DNA of 64,000 nucleotides from Bdellovibrionales bacterium (GCA_965242515.1 OZ251448.1:326512-390511); one strand, 5' to 3'. Positions 25,547-35,358 are shown, counted from the stretch's first letter. Notes: generated by a model not told the origin, from the letters alone. Numbers and translations are program-made.

Positions 25547-26167
25547 TTAATCTTCTACTTTATAGCCACTTTCTATACCCTGTGTTTTTAAGTAATTTGC
25601 TAATGACTCACTAACTATCGTATCTTTAAAGATTGCATCTTTAAAGTTCGTACCTGTAAATTTCACTTCTATTAAATCAGCTTTTGTTAGATTTGCTTCT
25701 GTGAGATTTGCTTCTGTGAGATCTGCTCTAAATAAAACTGCTTCTGTGAGATTTGCCCTTGTGAGATTTGCTTTATATAATTTTGCAGAGACTAAACCCG
25801 CTTTTGTTAAATCTGCCTCTGTTAGATTTGCCTCAATGAGGCTTGCTCCAATAAACAATGAACCTGTTAGATTCAACTCGCTTAAATTTCTCTTACTTAA
25901 AGGACAGCCAGATAAATCGTATCTCCCCAACAAAACCTCTTTGTTATCAATAGCTTTAAAAAACTTTCTCAAAGTTCTTATATTACATTCAACTTTATTC
26001 TTATTCTTAGTCTTATTCTTCTTATTCTTATAAGCTACTTTTCTGGTAATTTTAACTTCTGAAGGTTTATCCTCCATTTTATCCCCCATTGAGGATTGCT
26101 TGCTTAGTTTAGTAGTAGTACAAGCTACAAGGCTTAAAAATAATAACAAGTAAATAATATGTTTCAT
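25547..26167 (-). CDS. pentapeptide-repeat lipoprotein
   Basis: The ATG at 26167 gives MKHIIYLLLFLSLVACTT (lipobox). The C-terminal half is A(D/N)L(T/S)xA pentapeptide repeats (ANLTEADLTKAGLVSAKLYKANLTRANLTEA...). Confidence 0.8.
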   Translation of the reverse strand: MKHIIYLLLFLSLVACTTTKLSKQSSMGDKMEDKPSEVKITRKVAYKNKKNKTKNKNKVECNIRTLRKFFKAIDNKEVLLGRYDLSGCPLSKRNLSELNLTGSLFIGASLIEANLTEADLTKAGLVSAKLYKANLTRANLTEAVLFRADLTEANLTEANLTKADLIEVKFTGTNFKDAIFKDTIVSESLANYLKTQGIESGYKVED

Positions 26168-26232
26168 AATATCCTCCTTTTTGATAAACAATTTTAAAGT
26201 ATTCTTTTATTATTTGATTCTATTTTTTTTTA

Positions 26233-27507
26233 TCATTTTTTTATTAAATTTGCTATTTTTATAGATAAATTAGTCTTTAGTCTTAATACGAATGGAGTGT
26301 TTTTTTGACAAACAATAATATATTCATAAAGCATTGTAGGTACTTTTTTACCTGTAACATTAGTAGGAGAATTTTTTAATGGCATCGTTTTTGAAGAAAT
26401 AGTACGTCTATATGTTAAAACATGCTGAAACCCAAATTTTTCAAATTGTTCTGCAATAAATTGATCTGTCGGTAAAGTGATATTTTTAACAGTTCTATTG
26501 CCTACAACATATATAGCAAAACCTCCAGGTACAATAGCTTTAGCTACTTCCTTAATAGAATGTGCTAAATCTATGTAAAAAGCAGATACTTCTAAAGCTC
26601 TTTTTAAGCTTACTGTACTAATGTTTATAATGAATGGAGCTACAATCCCTTTATCATATAAAATACTAGATTTTTTACCACCCATAAGCAGAGAATCTAT
26701 TTTTCTAGCACGAGAAAACCCCATCCACTCATTAGAAAGAGTAGAAAATTGCCCATAAGCCACTGTCGTTCGACTATCGCCATAAGGTGGGCTAGTTAAC
26801 ACCGCATCGTATTGACTCTTATGATATGTAAATGCATGATTATAAAAGTAAAATTTTTGATGTTTCAACAAAGGTAAATAAAAACTTATGTATGTTTGCA
26901 ATACTTTATTTAAAGTTTTAAAGTAAATACTTTTTACATTAGGTTTAAATGATGCATTTTTTTCTTGTGGCATTTTATAAAGCTTAAATTCATTGTTTCT
27001 AGTATAAGACACAAACCTTACTGTTTCAGAAAAAGCTACCCAAAACAAAGCTTGATATTTTTTAATACTAACTTCTTCTATAATGGTTTTCCTAATAACA
27101 GCTAACTCTTTAATAACTTTCTTAGAAAACCAAAACCCAATATTAGTAATAACAGGAGGTGCTACTTCTTTATTGTGATGATAAACTACATATTCTATGT
27201 TTTTTTTGTATTCTAACAGTTTAATTGTATTTAATTTTTTGTATCTAGCTTTAGCTATTAAAATGGCTAAAGGGTTAATGTCAAATCCAGTAAATTCTGA
27301 AAAACCAGATGCTATACCTGCTAAAGCAGAAGAACCTGTTCCACAATAAGGGTCTAATAGACGGTGACGAGTTAGTTTTAATTCTTTAAAAAGCTCAATA
27401 CCAATTTTTGGAAGCATGGTTGCTGGATATTTATGTAGATTAGGAACATGACTTGCATAAGTCTCATCTTTAAAATCGTAAGTTTTGTTAGGGCATACCT
27501 CATACAT
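26233..27507 (-). CDS. DNA methyltransferase (SPPY catalytic motif; N4-cytosine or N6-adenine type)
   Basis: HKYPATMLP...LLDPYCGTGSSALAG...GFDINPLA (AdoMet-binding motif I region), followed ~175 aa later by LTSPPYGD (motif IV). No nuclease gene adjacent. Confidence 0.65.
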   Translation of the reverse strand: MYEVCPNKTYDFKDETYASHVPNLHKYPATMLPKIGIELFKELKLTRHRLLDPYCGTGSSALAGIASGFSEFTGFDINPLAILIAKARYKKLNTIKLLEYKKNIEYVVYHHNKEVAPPVITNIGFWFSKKVIKELAVIRKTIIEEVSIKKYQALFWVAFSETVRFVSYTRNNEFKLYKMPQEKNASFKPNVKSIYFKTLNKVLQTYISFYLPLLKHQKFYFYNHAFTYHKSQYDAVLTSPPYGDSRTTVAYGQFSTLSNEWMGFSRARKIDSLLMGGKKSSILYDKGIVAPFIINISTVSLKRALEVSAFYIDLAHSIKEVAKAIVPGGFAIYVVGNRTVKNITLPTDQFIAEQFEKFGFQHVLTYRRTISSKTMPLKNSPTNVTGKKVPTMLYEYIIVCQKNTPFVLRLKTNLSIKIANLIKK

Positions 27508-27704
27508 AATATATCACCTTATTATAGCTTTATTTCTGATATATTAGAAAATAAGTTTATTAATTTATTTTGTTGCACTCTAAATTGTAGTTATATTTTC
27601 ACAAAATACCGATACAAAACCACAATAAACTAAATCTAAGATTTAACGCAAACATAGTTATTATGCCATGCGTTATGTTGTGTTTTAAGCTTTAAAAAAG
27701 TAGA

Positions 27705-29489
27705 TTAAAGAGTGTTGTTTAAAACGATAGGGAGTAAGTCTTTTAAGTCTTGAGCCATGAGGGTATCTGCCACACCTTTTGTTCTTAAATGCTCGTCAGC
27801 TAATGCCCCATGGATAAAAGCCCCCATAGCCAAAGCCTCTACGGGGGATACTTTTCGTGCCATTAAAGAGGCTATGAAACCTGTAAGTACATCCCCAGTG
27901 CCAGCTTTGGCTAATGCACTGTTACCTGTGGGAATAACCCCTAACGAGTAAGGAAAATGCTCGCTCGTTTGCGTACTCGGTATGGCTATTACAGAATGAA
28001 AGCCTTTTAATAAAAGAGTGCAATTTAATTTTTGCATAGCTTGAGTGGCATAATAAGCTTTATTTTTATCTATTTCACTTCCCTTTAGTTTAAATAAGTA
28101 AGCCAGCTCCCCACTATGCGGGGTTACTACCCAGTGGGAAGGTAAAGGATAAAGTTTTTCTTTTACACAAACCCTAAAGGCTGAAGCATCTACTACCACC
28201 GGTAAATCTAATTTTTTTAATTTAAGTAACAGCTGTTTTGTGGACTCCCCTACTTCTAAACCCGGACCAATAGCCACAGCAGTTTTGTTTTTAAATAAGT
28301 CAGAGTCGTCTATATCTTGTGTCAATATATCCGGTGCTATCCTCTCACCCCTAAAATCCTGCTTTTTTACCCATGAAAAGAGATTCTGTTGCGTTATCTT
28401 TTTTGTTAATAGCATCTTAAATAGTGAGAAAACCAATTCAAAACGAGTTCGGATTTGACCACAATGCGGAAAGCCCAAAGGCTTAACGCTTTGTGGCAAA
28501 CCGCATGTCCGAGCTTTTGACTTGGTTTTCTCACTATTAAGCATTTTTTGTTTTTGCAAAGATGATGATGTGGCTAAAGTCACATAACCACAGCCCATAC
28601 GCAAAGCTGCCTCACTACATAACTGCCCTGCCCCCTCATAACCACAAGAGCCCGCAATTACCAACACATGCCCCTGCTGTGCTTTGTGACTGGCAATCTT
28701 TCGCTTTGGCATTCGCGAAGATACCCATTTTTTTGTTACCACACATGAGTTAACAACATTTTTTTGAGTTACTAAGTTAAAAGGGTAGCCAATAGATAAC
28801 ACTTTTACAAAACCCGTGTGCTTCGGACCCTCTTGCAAATAAAACCCAAGCTTTGTCAAACCATAAGTTAAAGTCATATTGGCACAAATACCAACCCCCA
28901 CACATAAGCCTGTGTCCACATTTAAACCCGATGGCACATCTAAAGAAACAACATAACTTGATAAACTATTAACATAGTTTATTAAATCAACATAGCCTCC
29001 CCTTACCTCACCCTTTAAGCCCACTCCAAATAAGGCGTCTATTATTAAAGAAGTTTCTTTAATTTCTTTTTTTATCTTATTAAAATCACTTAAATTATAA
29101 GTAGGTATATTTTGCAACAACAGCCTGTTTTTTTGCTTTTTTACTAAGTTAGATTTGATATCATCAGCTACAAATACTTGAACCTTAATACCTTGAGAAT
29201 GCAGGTGCCTTGCTACCACCAACCCATCCCCCCCGTTATGCCCCGGACCACAAAGAAGTACCACACTTTTTTTGCCTGCAATAAGGGTGCTAAAATACTG
29301 CAAAATACTATCTGCCGATTTTGCCCCTGCAAGCTCCATTAAAACTTCAGCCGATAAATTGTATTTTTCTTGTGCAATACAATCTATCGTAGCACTGGTT
29401 TGAGCATGAGCTACACCCTGTAACAACAAACCCGATTCAGAAATTAATTTATTATTTTCCACTCCCATTTTTTTATCTATTACCATCAA
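27705..29489 (-). CDS. nnr: bifunctional NAD(P)H-hydrate repair enzyme (epimerase/dehydratase) carrying an in-frame repeat insertion
   Basis: YjeF_N motif CGPGHNGGDG. C-terminal kinase-like domain GHVLVIAGSCGYEGAG...AVAIGPGL...GTGDVLTG. 594 aa, roughly 80 aa longer than usual. Confidence 0.85.
   Translation of the reverse strand: MMVIDKKMGVENNKLISESGLLLQGVAHAQTSATIDCIAQEKYNLSAEVLMELAGAKSADSILQYFSTLIAGKKSVVLLCGPGHNGGDGLVVARHLHSQGIKVQVFVADDIKSNLVKKQKNRLLLQNIPTYNLSDFNKIKKEIKETSLIIDALFGVGLKGEVRGGYVDLINYVNSLSSYVVSLDVPSGLNVDTGLCVGVGICANMTLTYGLTKLGFYLQEGPKHTGFVKVLSIGYPFNLVTQKNVVNSCVVTKKWVSSRMPKRKIASHKAQQGHVLVIAGSCGYEGAGQLCSEAALRMGCGYVTLATSSSLQKQKMLNSEKTKSKARTCGLPQSVKPLGFPHCGQIRTRFELVFSLFKMLLTKKITQQNLFSWVKKQDFRGERIAPDILTQDIDDSDLFKNKTAVAIGPGLEVGESTKQLLLKLKKLDLPVVVDASAFRVCVKEKLYPLPSHWVVTPHSGELAYLFKLKGSEIDKNKAYYATQAMQKLNCTLLLKGFHSVIAIPSTQTSEHFPYSLGVIPTGNSALAKAGTGDVLTGFIASLMARKVSPVEALAMGAFIHGALADEHLRTKGVADTLMAQDLKDLLPIVLNNTL
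28420..28538 (+). repeat. family A element inside the nnr coding sequence
   Basis: aatagtgagaaaaccaattcaaaacgagttcggatttgaccacaatgcggaaagcccaaaggcttaacgctttgtggcaaaccgcatgtccgagcttttgacttggttttctcactatt. Translated in the nnr frame it gives ...KTKSKARTCGLPQSVKPLGFPHCGQIRTRFELVFSLF... Confidence 0.9.
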
Positions 29490-29584
29490 TATAATGTCAC
29501 TATATAATAAAAATCTTCTTTATGTAAGGGAAAAAACTTAAGTTCAAAACCTGTATCAGATTTACTTGTAAAAAGAGCTTCATC

Positions 29585-29717
29585 GTAGAGGGAAAAACCT
29601 CACTCCAGAGCTTAAAACTCAACATTTTGCCACAATATATTAGTATTTAATAAACCGGGAGGGGCAATTTTTTTGTGAGACGCTACGCTTGGACTCAAAA
29701 AAAATTCCCCTCCCGGC
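29585..29717 (-). repeat. chimeric repeat: family A half-element joined to a family C hairpin
   Basis: gtagagggaaaaacctcactccagagcttaaaactcaacattttgccacaat, then linker attagtatttaataaa, then ccgggaggggcaattttttt...aaaaaaaattcccctcccgg. Confidence 0.75.
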
Positions 29718-29916
29718 TTTTATTTAATAGTGCTTATGTTTGTAAAAGACTTGAACTAGCATTTTTTAGCTTCCGATCTATAGTAATATTTGTAATATTT
29801 ACACATGTTTAAAATTAATATCAAATATTCTTTCTTTTTAAGTGATTTGATGCTAAAAATAATGCTCATTAACAATATTTTTAATTTTAACCAAATAAAA
29901 TTAGAAGGAGTAAAAA

Positions 29917-30525
29917 ATGACAGAAAAAAAACTAAGAATAAGCTTATTAATATCAATGTTAATCTTACCTGTTATTGTACAAGCCGGTCCCGGTACTAGG
30001 ATACTTGGAGGTGAAGTTTCTGGAACGGAGGATTATGCAAGCCTGATGGAGCATTATGAAAGCCTGCTTGAGAAGGAAGTGTTTGATTTAGTAAAAAAAG
30101 AGCCTTCCTTTGCTGAAAAGTCAGCTATAGCCTTAAACAACGAGGGCAAATTACAAAACTATGTAGAATTATCAAACTTATCTTTAGAGATTCGCAGAAT
30201 CTATACAACAACAGGTAACTTAGAAAAAATAGAAAAACATATCAAAGAAACTTTACCACCTATTATACAAACGGCTAGTTATTCTTCTATACAAACAGCT
30301 AGTGATTCTTCTTCGCGGGATGTATTAAAGAATATAGCTTATCATGCACTAATGGCAAAACTCTTAATTAGTACAAAACTTCGATATTTTTTAGACACTG
30401 AGCGTATTACAGAAAAACAATACAAAAAGATAGTGAATTTAGTATCTGAAACAGCTAAAACTGCTATAAGTAAAAAACGAAATAGTTGTCAAATAAGCTT
30501 TAAAGAGCCTGGTAATGCTGTGTGA
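29917..30525 (+). CDS. hypothetical secreted protein
   Basis: ggag SD upstream. N-terminal hydrophobic signal (LLISMLILPVIVQAG). No family recognised. Confidence 0.5.
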   Translation: MTEKKLRISLLISMLILPVIVQAGPGTRILGGEVSGTEDYASLMEHYESLLEKEVFDLVKKEPSFAEKSAIALNNEGKLQNYVELSNLSLEIRRIYTTTGNLEKIEKHIKETLPPIIQTASYSSIQTASDSSSRDVLKNIAYHALMAKLLISTKLRYFLDTERITEKQYKKIVNLVSETAKTAISKKRNSCQISFKEPGNAV

Positions 30526-30649
30526 TGATTAAAGGAGCATAGCTGTAATATTTAATAGCTGGTTGTCTGATTAATACCCCAAGACTTTGACCAGTCCTTT
30601 TTTAATGTGACTTCAAGTAGTCTCCAGCTAATATCTGTCAATGGTACAA

Positions 30650-30850
30650 AATACATGCTGGATTCTAAGCTTCCGCAGGAATAACCATACTCTGTCATTA
30701 CCGTGAAAACTTAGAATCTAGTGTGGGGCGAGATTCCTGCCTACGCAGGAATGACGATAAATGCAGAAATAACTTGAAGAAGGAGGAAAAAGGTGATTTT
30801 TTAAGGGTCCAAGCGAAGCGTCCCTCTAAAAAATTACCCTTGCCCTCCTT
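30650..30850. repeat. family F-like plus family C repeats between the 29917 gene and glmM
   Basis: ggattctaagcttccgcaggaataac ... gattcctgcctacgcaggaatgacgataaatgcagaaataac, then aggaggaaaaaggtgattttttaagggtccaagcgaagcgtccctctaaaaaattacccttgccctcc. Confidence 0.7.
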
Positions 30851-30899
30851 AAGGTGAGATTTTACTTCCTCTTTCTGCTGGGTTTTCTCACTTGTGTCT

Positions 30900-32435
30900 C
30901 TAAAGTTTTTTTTGCAAAAAACGCACAATATCATCTGCTACTTTCTTAATTAAACTATTGTCACTGCCTTCCACCATAACCCTAATCACAGGCTCCGTCC
31001 CCGAAAGCCTGACATACAACCGAGCTTTATCTTTTAACCGCTTTGTCATGCCTTCCATAAAGTTTTCATACCCAGATATTTCAGATAACTTACTCAATTT
31101 TGTTTTTTGAATCTTGACCGTACAATGCACTTGTGGCACCTCCACTAAAGTTTTTCTTAAACTAGATAAAGTTTTATTTGTATCACGCATAACAGCTAAC
31201 ACATTCAAAGCTGCTACACACCCATCCCCCGTCGTACTATGCTTTAAAAAAATAATGTGACCTGAAGATTCCCCCCCTAAACAAATATCACGCTCTTTCA
31301 TATACTCTACCACATTCCTATCCCCTACCTCCGTACGCAATAACTCAATGCCCTTTTTTCTTAACATATCCTCTAAACCCTTGTTAGACATATATGTCGC
31401 TACCACCTTGCCCTCATCTAATTCCCCCCTTTTTTGTAAATTAAAAGCACATATACCTAAAATGTGATCGCCTGTTACTAACTCGCCCCTCTCATCTACC
31501 ATCAATACACGATCCCCATCCCCATCTAAACTAATGCCCACATCCGCCTTGTGCTTTATCACCGCCTGCTTTGTCTTCTCCACACACAATGCCCCCGACT
31601 GACGATTAATATTGTAACCATCAGGCTCTTTTCCCAATACAATAAGCTCTGCCCCTAACTCTTCAAAAATCTTAGGAGCTACCTTGTAACAAGCCCCATT
31701 GGCACAATCTAAAACAATACGCATCCCCTCTAAATCTTGCTTCAGCTCAAAAGTGTTCTTCACATGCACAATATACCTGCCAGCAGAATCGTCAATCCTA
31801 CGGCTACGCCCTACCCGATGCGAAGACGCAATCAAACTATCTAACTCCTTAGAAAATACTAAACGCTCTATCTCCTCCTCCATCCGATGCGATATCTTAA
31901 AACCATCTTTGTCAAAAATCTTTATGCCATTGTCAGGATATAAATTGTGAGAAGCAGAAATTACAATACCAGCTAATGCCCTCATATTACGAGCTAAAAA
32001 ACCAATACCAGGAGTTGGCAACGGTCCCGTCAACTGCACCCATACCCCCATAGAATTTAAACCGCTCGCTAATGCTTGCTCTAACATATAACCAGAAAGC
32101 CTAGTGTCCTTCCCAATCAACACCACCCCCATAGGGGGCTTTTTTTGACCCACTCCTTGCTCACCCCACCTATCACTTGTCAATGATGCTGAAGTTGTAC
32201 TTATCTGAGGTAACTTACTATCCCCCAAAGGGGGCTTTTTTTGACCCACTCCTTGCACGCTCCACCCACCATCTGTCAATGCCCCTTTAGCTTGAACACT
32301 CTGCTTTAATAAATACCCAAGAGCCTGCCCTACCCTTAATATAATATCCACCCGCACAGGAAATTCATTAGAAATACCCCTGATCCCATCCGTCCCAAAT
32401 AGATTTGATTCGGTATAGTTACCCTTGTGTTTCAT
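30900..32435 (-). CDS. glmM: phosphoglucosamine mutase carrying an in-frame repeat insertion
   Basis: FGTDGIRG, GKDTRLSGYMLE, GIVISASHN (active-site Ser), SLDGDGDR and GGESSGH. 511 aa against the usual ~445. Confidence 0.9.
   Translation of the reverse strand: MKHKGNYTESNLFGTDGIRGISNEFPVRVDIILRVGQALGYLLKQSVQAKGALTDGGWSVQGVGQKKPPLGDSKLPQISTTSASLTSDRWGEQGVGQKKPPMGVVLIGKDTRLSGYMLEQALASGLNSMGVWVQLTGPLPTPGIGFLARNMRALAGIVISASHNLYPDNGIKIFDKDGFKISHRMEEEIERLVFSKELDSLIASSHRVGRSRRIDDSAGRYIVHVKNTFELKQDLEGMRIVLDCANGACYKVAPKIFEELGAELIVLGKEPDGYNINRQSGALCVEKTKQAVIKHKADVGISLDGDGDRVLMVDERGELVTGDHILGICAFNLQKRGELDEGKVVATYMSNKGLEDMLRKKGIELLRTEVGDRNVVEYMKERDICLGGESSGHIIFLKHSTTGDGCVAALNVLAVMRDTNKTLSSLRKTLVEVPQVHCTVKIQKTKLSKLSEISGYENFMEGMTKRLKDKARLYVRLSGTEPVIRVMVEGSDNSLIKKVADDIVRFLQKKL
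32126..32281 (+). repeat. two family D repeat copies plus spacer inside the glmM coding sequence (156 bp, 52 codons)
   Basis: Copy a is 32126..32185 and copy b is 32221..32281: cccc(c)a(t/a)agggggctttttttgacccactccttgc(t/a)c(a/g)c(c/t)ccac...tgtcaatg. Compare the intergenic D copy at 62056..62110. Confidence 0.8.
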
Positions 32436-32640
32436 TTAGTTACATCCCCCCGGTACAGTTGCATCGTATCAACCCTAACGCTCGTTACTTTTTAATTCAA
32501 TAAAGTAATTTGTGTTCATCACTTAGTTACATCCTCCGGTATAGTTACCACTTATCAACCTTAACACTTGTTACTTTTTAATTCAATAAAGTAATTTGTA
32601 TCTTCAAATTAGTCACTCTTTTAATTCAAATTATACCAAT
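32405..32640 (-). promoter_or_regulatory. family E leader-like repeat (two units) overlapping the glmM start
   Basis: ttcggtatagttacccttgtgtttcatttagttacatccccccggtacagttgcatcgtatcaaccctaacgctcgttac..., followed by a second unit. The glmM ATG (32435) and its first 9 codons lie inside the repeat. Confidence 0.8.
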
Positions 32641-32667
32641 CAATGCCATTCAATAAAATGTAACTAT

Positions 32668-32787
32668 TTAAATAGTGAGAAAACCAATTCAAAACGAGTT
32701 CGGATTTAACGCAAAGTAGTAGCCGTAGGCTAACACTTTGCGGTAAACCGCATGTCCGAGCTTTTGACTTGGTTTTCTCACTTTAAA
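32668..32787 (+). repeat. family A element
   Basis: Termini aatagtgagaaaacc / ggttttctcac. Hairpin acgcaaagt-agtagccgtaggcta-acactttgcg. Confidence 0.9.
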
Positions 32788-32815
32788 AGCTATAGTCCCA
32801 AACAGTTTTTTTACT

Positions 32816-32900
32816 TCGGTATAGTTACCCTTGTGTTTCATTTAGTTACTTTCCCCCGGTACAGTTACCACTTATCAACCTTACCACTCGTAGCTTTTTT
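32816..32900 (-). promoter_or_regulatory. family E repeat with a decoy copy of the glmM start
   Basis: 32816..32850 is identical over 35 nt to 32409..32443, including the ATG (32841..32839). On the minus strand it opens a ~50-codon ORF that runs into the family A copy. Confidence 0.8.
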
Positions 32901-33030
32901 AATTCAACAATAAACTCTTTCTATGTACACAAGTGAAAAAACATGCTCAAAACGAGTATCGCACCCAAAGGGTGTTCATTATTATCATAATACTACTATA
33001 TAATTTCTCAAAGTGATAATTACATGCTTT

Positions 33031-33142
33031 AAAGGGGAAAAACCATGCTCAAAACGAGTTCGGATTTAACGCAAAGTAGTAGCCGTAGGCTAACACTTTG
33101 CGGTAAACCGCATGTTTGAGCTTTTGAGCTCGGTTTTTCCCC
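33031..33142 (+). repeat. family A element
   Basis: Central part identical to 32668. Termini aaaggggaaaaacc / cggtttttcccc. Confidence 0.9.
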
Positions 33143-33295
33143 GAAAGAAGTTTAACTATCTCACAAAAATCTTCCCCCTCTCACTTCGTGCCTCAAAAAG
33201 CAAAAAGCTTCCCCCTTGGTTTTCTCACTTTAAAAGCTATAGTCCCAAGCTTTTGAATTTTAAGTTTTCTCACTTATACCTATTAAAATAGCTAC

Positions 33296-33360
33296 TTTTG
33301 TCTATCACTTAGTTACTTCTTTCCGGTACAGTTGCCACTTATCAACCTTAGCAATTTTCA
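33296..33360 (-). repeat. family E repeat unit abutting the ftsH stop codon
   Basis: ctatcacttagttacttctttccggtacagttgccacttatcaaccttagc. Confidence 0.7.
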
Positions 33361-35358
33361 TCAATTAAGAGCAGGAGTGGGATCTCCTACAGGTTTCACA
33401 TCACCACTAGAAGAAGTGTCCTCTTTTTTATCACTTACTTTTTTTTGTTTTTCTTCAGCTACTTGCTTTCTTTCTTCTTCTATCTTAAGGGCATCCTTCT
33501 TCCTGTTACTTTCTAAATCATCTAATTGACTACCATCCATCATCATATCTACCTCATTACCTGTAATGGTTTCATACTTTAATAAAGCTTGTGCCATTAT
33601 CTCTAATGTCTTCTTATTCTTCTTTAAAAGATTAAGAGCTATCTTGTGAGCCGTGGAAATTAAACGATACACTTCTTTATCCACCTCTTCCGCCTTAGCT
33701 TCGGAATAATCCCTCCCCTTTGTATACTGAATACCTAAATAAACAGGAGTATCTTTTTTGCCCAAAGTAAGAGGGCCTAACTTCTCACTCATACCCCACT
33801 CACAGACCATACGGCGAGCTAAAGCTGTTGCCCGCTCAATGTCATTGCCTGCCCCCGTGGTGTAGTCCTTAAATATAAGCTCCTCTGCAGCCCTGCCCCC
33901 AAATAAAAAAGCCAAAGTGTTTTCTGCCTTGCTTTTGGTTAAATTCAACCGCTCCTCCTTAGGTAAGGTTTGTGTTAAACCTAACGCCATACCCCTTGGT
34001 ATAATAGTAACCTTATGCACAGGGTCTAAATTAGGAAGCAATTTACCTACAATAGTATGCCCCGCCTCATGATAAGCCGTAATACGACGGTCTTGTTCAC
34101 TAATAACCATAGATTTTCTTTCTCTACCCATAAGCACCTTATCTTTTGCTTTTTCAATGTCAGACATCTCAATCTGTTGTTTGTCAGATCTGGCAGCCAT
34201 TAAAGCTGATTCGTTAACCAAATTTTCTAAATCCGCTCCCGAAAATCCAGGTGTACCTCTGGCAATGGTCTCTAACTCCACCCCTTTAGATAAAGGCACT
34301 TTCTTCGTGTGTACTTTTAAAATCTCATGCCGACCATTTAAATCCGGAATGTTCACCACAACCCTTCTATCAAATCGCCCAGGTCTTAATAACGCAGGGT
34401 CTAATACATCAGGTCTGTTAGTAGCTGCAATTAAAATAATATTGGTTGTGCTTTCAAAGCCGTCCATTTCTACTAATAGCTGATTAAGAGTTTGTTCCCT
34501 TTCATCATGCCCCCCGCCCATGCCAGAGCCACGGTGTCTTCCCACTGCATCAATCTCATCTACAAAAATCACACAAGGTGCATTCCTCTTACCTTGCAAA
34601 AATAAATCCCTAATCCTAGAAGCCCCCACCCCTACAAACATCTCTACAAAATCAGAACCAGAAACAGTAAAAAAAGGTACTTTTGCCTCACCCGCTACAG
34701 CCTTCGCCAGTAATGTCTTACCCGTGCCAGGCTCGCCTATCAATAACACCCCTTTAGGGATACGCCCCCCTAACCGTGTGAACTTTTTTGGGTCTTTTAA
34801 AAAATCTACAATCTCTCGTAATTCGTCTTTAGCTTCTTCCACACCCGCTACATCTTTAAAAGAAACCTTTTTCCTGTCTGCTATTAAACGAGCACGACTT
34901 TTACCAAAAGATAAAGCCTTGCCACCCCCAATTTGTAACTGGCGAATAAAGAAAAAAAACACCCCCACTAATAATAAAATAGGCACCCAACTTAAAAACA
35001 AAGAAGCCCAAAAAGTATTGTCCGTGTTGATGTAAGAAGGAGTTATGCCATGCTTATCTAAAATCTCAAAACCCTTATCAGTTACATTGCCCTGAATGCG
35101 AAATTTTTTACCATTATACTTTAAAGCTCCTTTTTCAGTGAGCTTACCCGAAATTCTCTCCTTATTAGTATCAAATACCACACTATCTTTTTGAATGTCC
35201 CCATCAGCTAAAGCTTGCACAAATTTAGGGTAGTTAAAATCTGTGGCGTAATGCCTTTTTTGATACTCGTAAGATTGAAAAAACACCAAACCAATGACAA
35301 GAAAACACAACCATAACAAAAACACTTTTTTACTATTTCGCCGTTTTATAAGTCTCAT
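33361..35358 (-). CDS. ftsH: ATP-dependent zinc metalloprotease FtsH
   Basis: Walker [19 protein letters not shown], the SRH region and Zn motif HEAGH. Two N-terminal TM segments. Lys/Glu-rich C-terminal tail. Confidence 0.95.
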   Translation of the reverse strand: MRLIKRRNSKKVFLLWLCFLVIGLVFFQSYEYQKRHYATDFNYPKFVQALADGDIQKDSVVFDTNKERISGKLTEKGALKYNGKKFRIQGNVTDKGFEILDKHGITPSYINTDNTFWASLFLSWVPILLLVGVFFFFIRQLQIGGGKALSFGKSRARLIADRKKVSFKDVAGVEEAKDELREIVDFLKDPKKFTRLGGRIPKGVLLIGEPGTGKTLLAKAVAGEAKVPFFTVSGSDFVEMFVGVGASRIRDLFLQGKRNAPCVIFVDEIDAVGRHRGSGMGGGHDEREQTLNQLLVEMDGFESTTNIILIAATNRPDVLDPALLRPGRFDRRVVVNIPDLNGRHEILKVHTKKVPLSKGVELETIARGTPGFSGADLENLVNESALMAARSDKQQIEMSDIEKAKDKVLMGRERKSMVISEQDRRITAYHEAGHTIVGKLLPNLDPVHKVTIIPRGMALGLTQTLPKEERLNLTKSKAENTLAFLFGGRAAEELIFKDYTTGAGNDIERATALARRMVCEWGMSEKLGPLTLGKKDTPVYLGIQYTKGRDYSEAKAEEVDKEVYRLISTAHKIALNLLKKNKKTLEIMAQALLKYETITGNEVDMMMDGSQLDDLESNRKKDALKIEEERKQVAEEKQKKVSDKKEDTSSSGDVKPVGDPTPALN

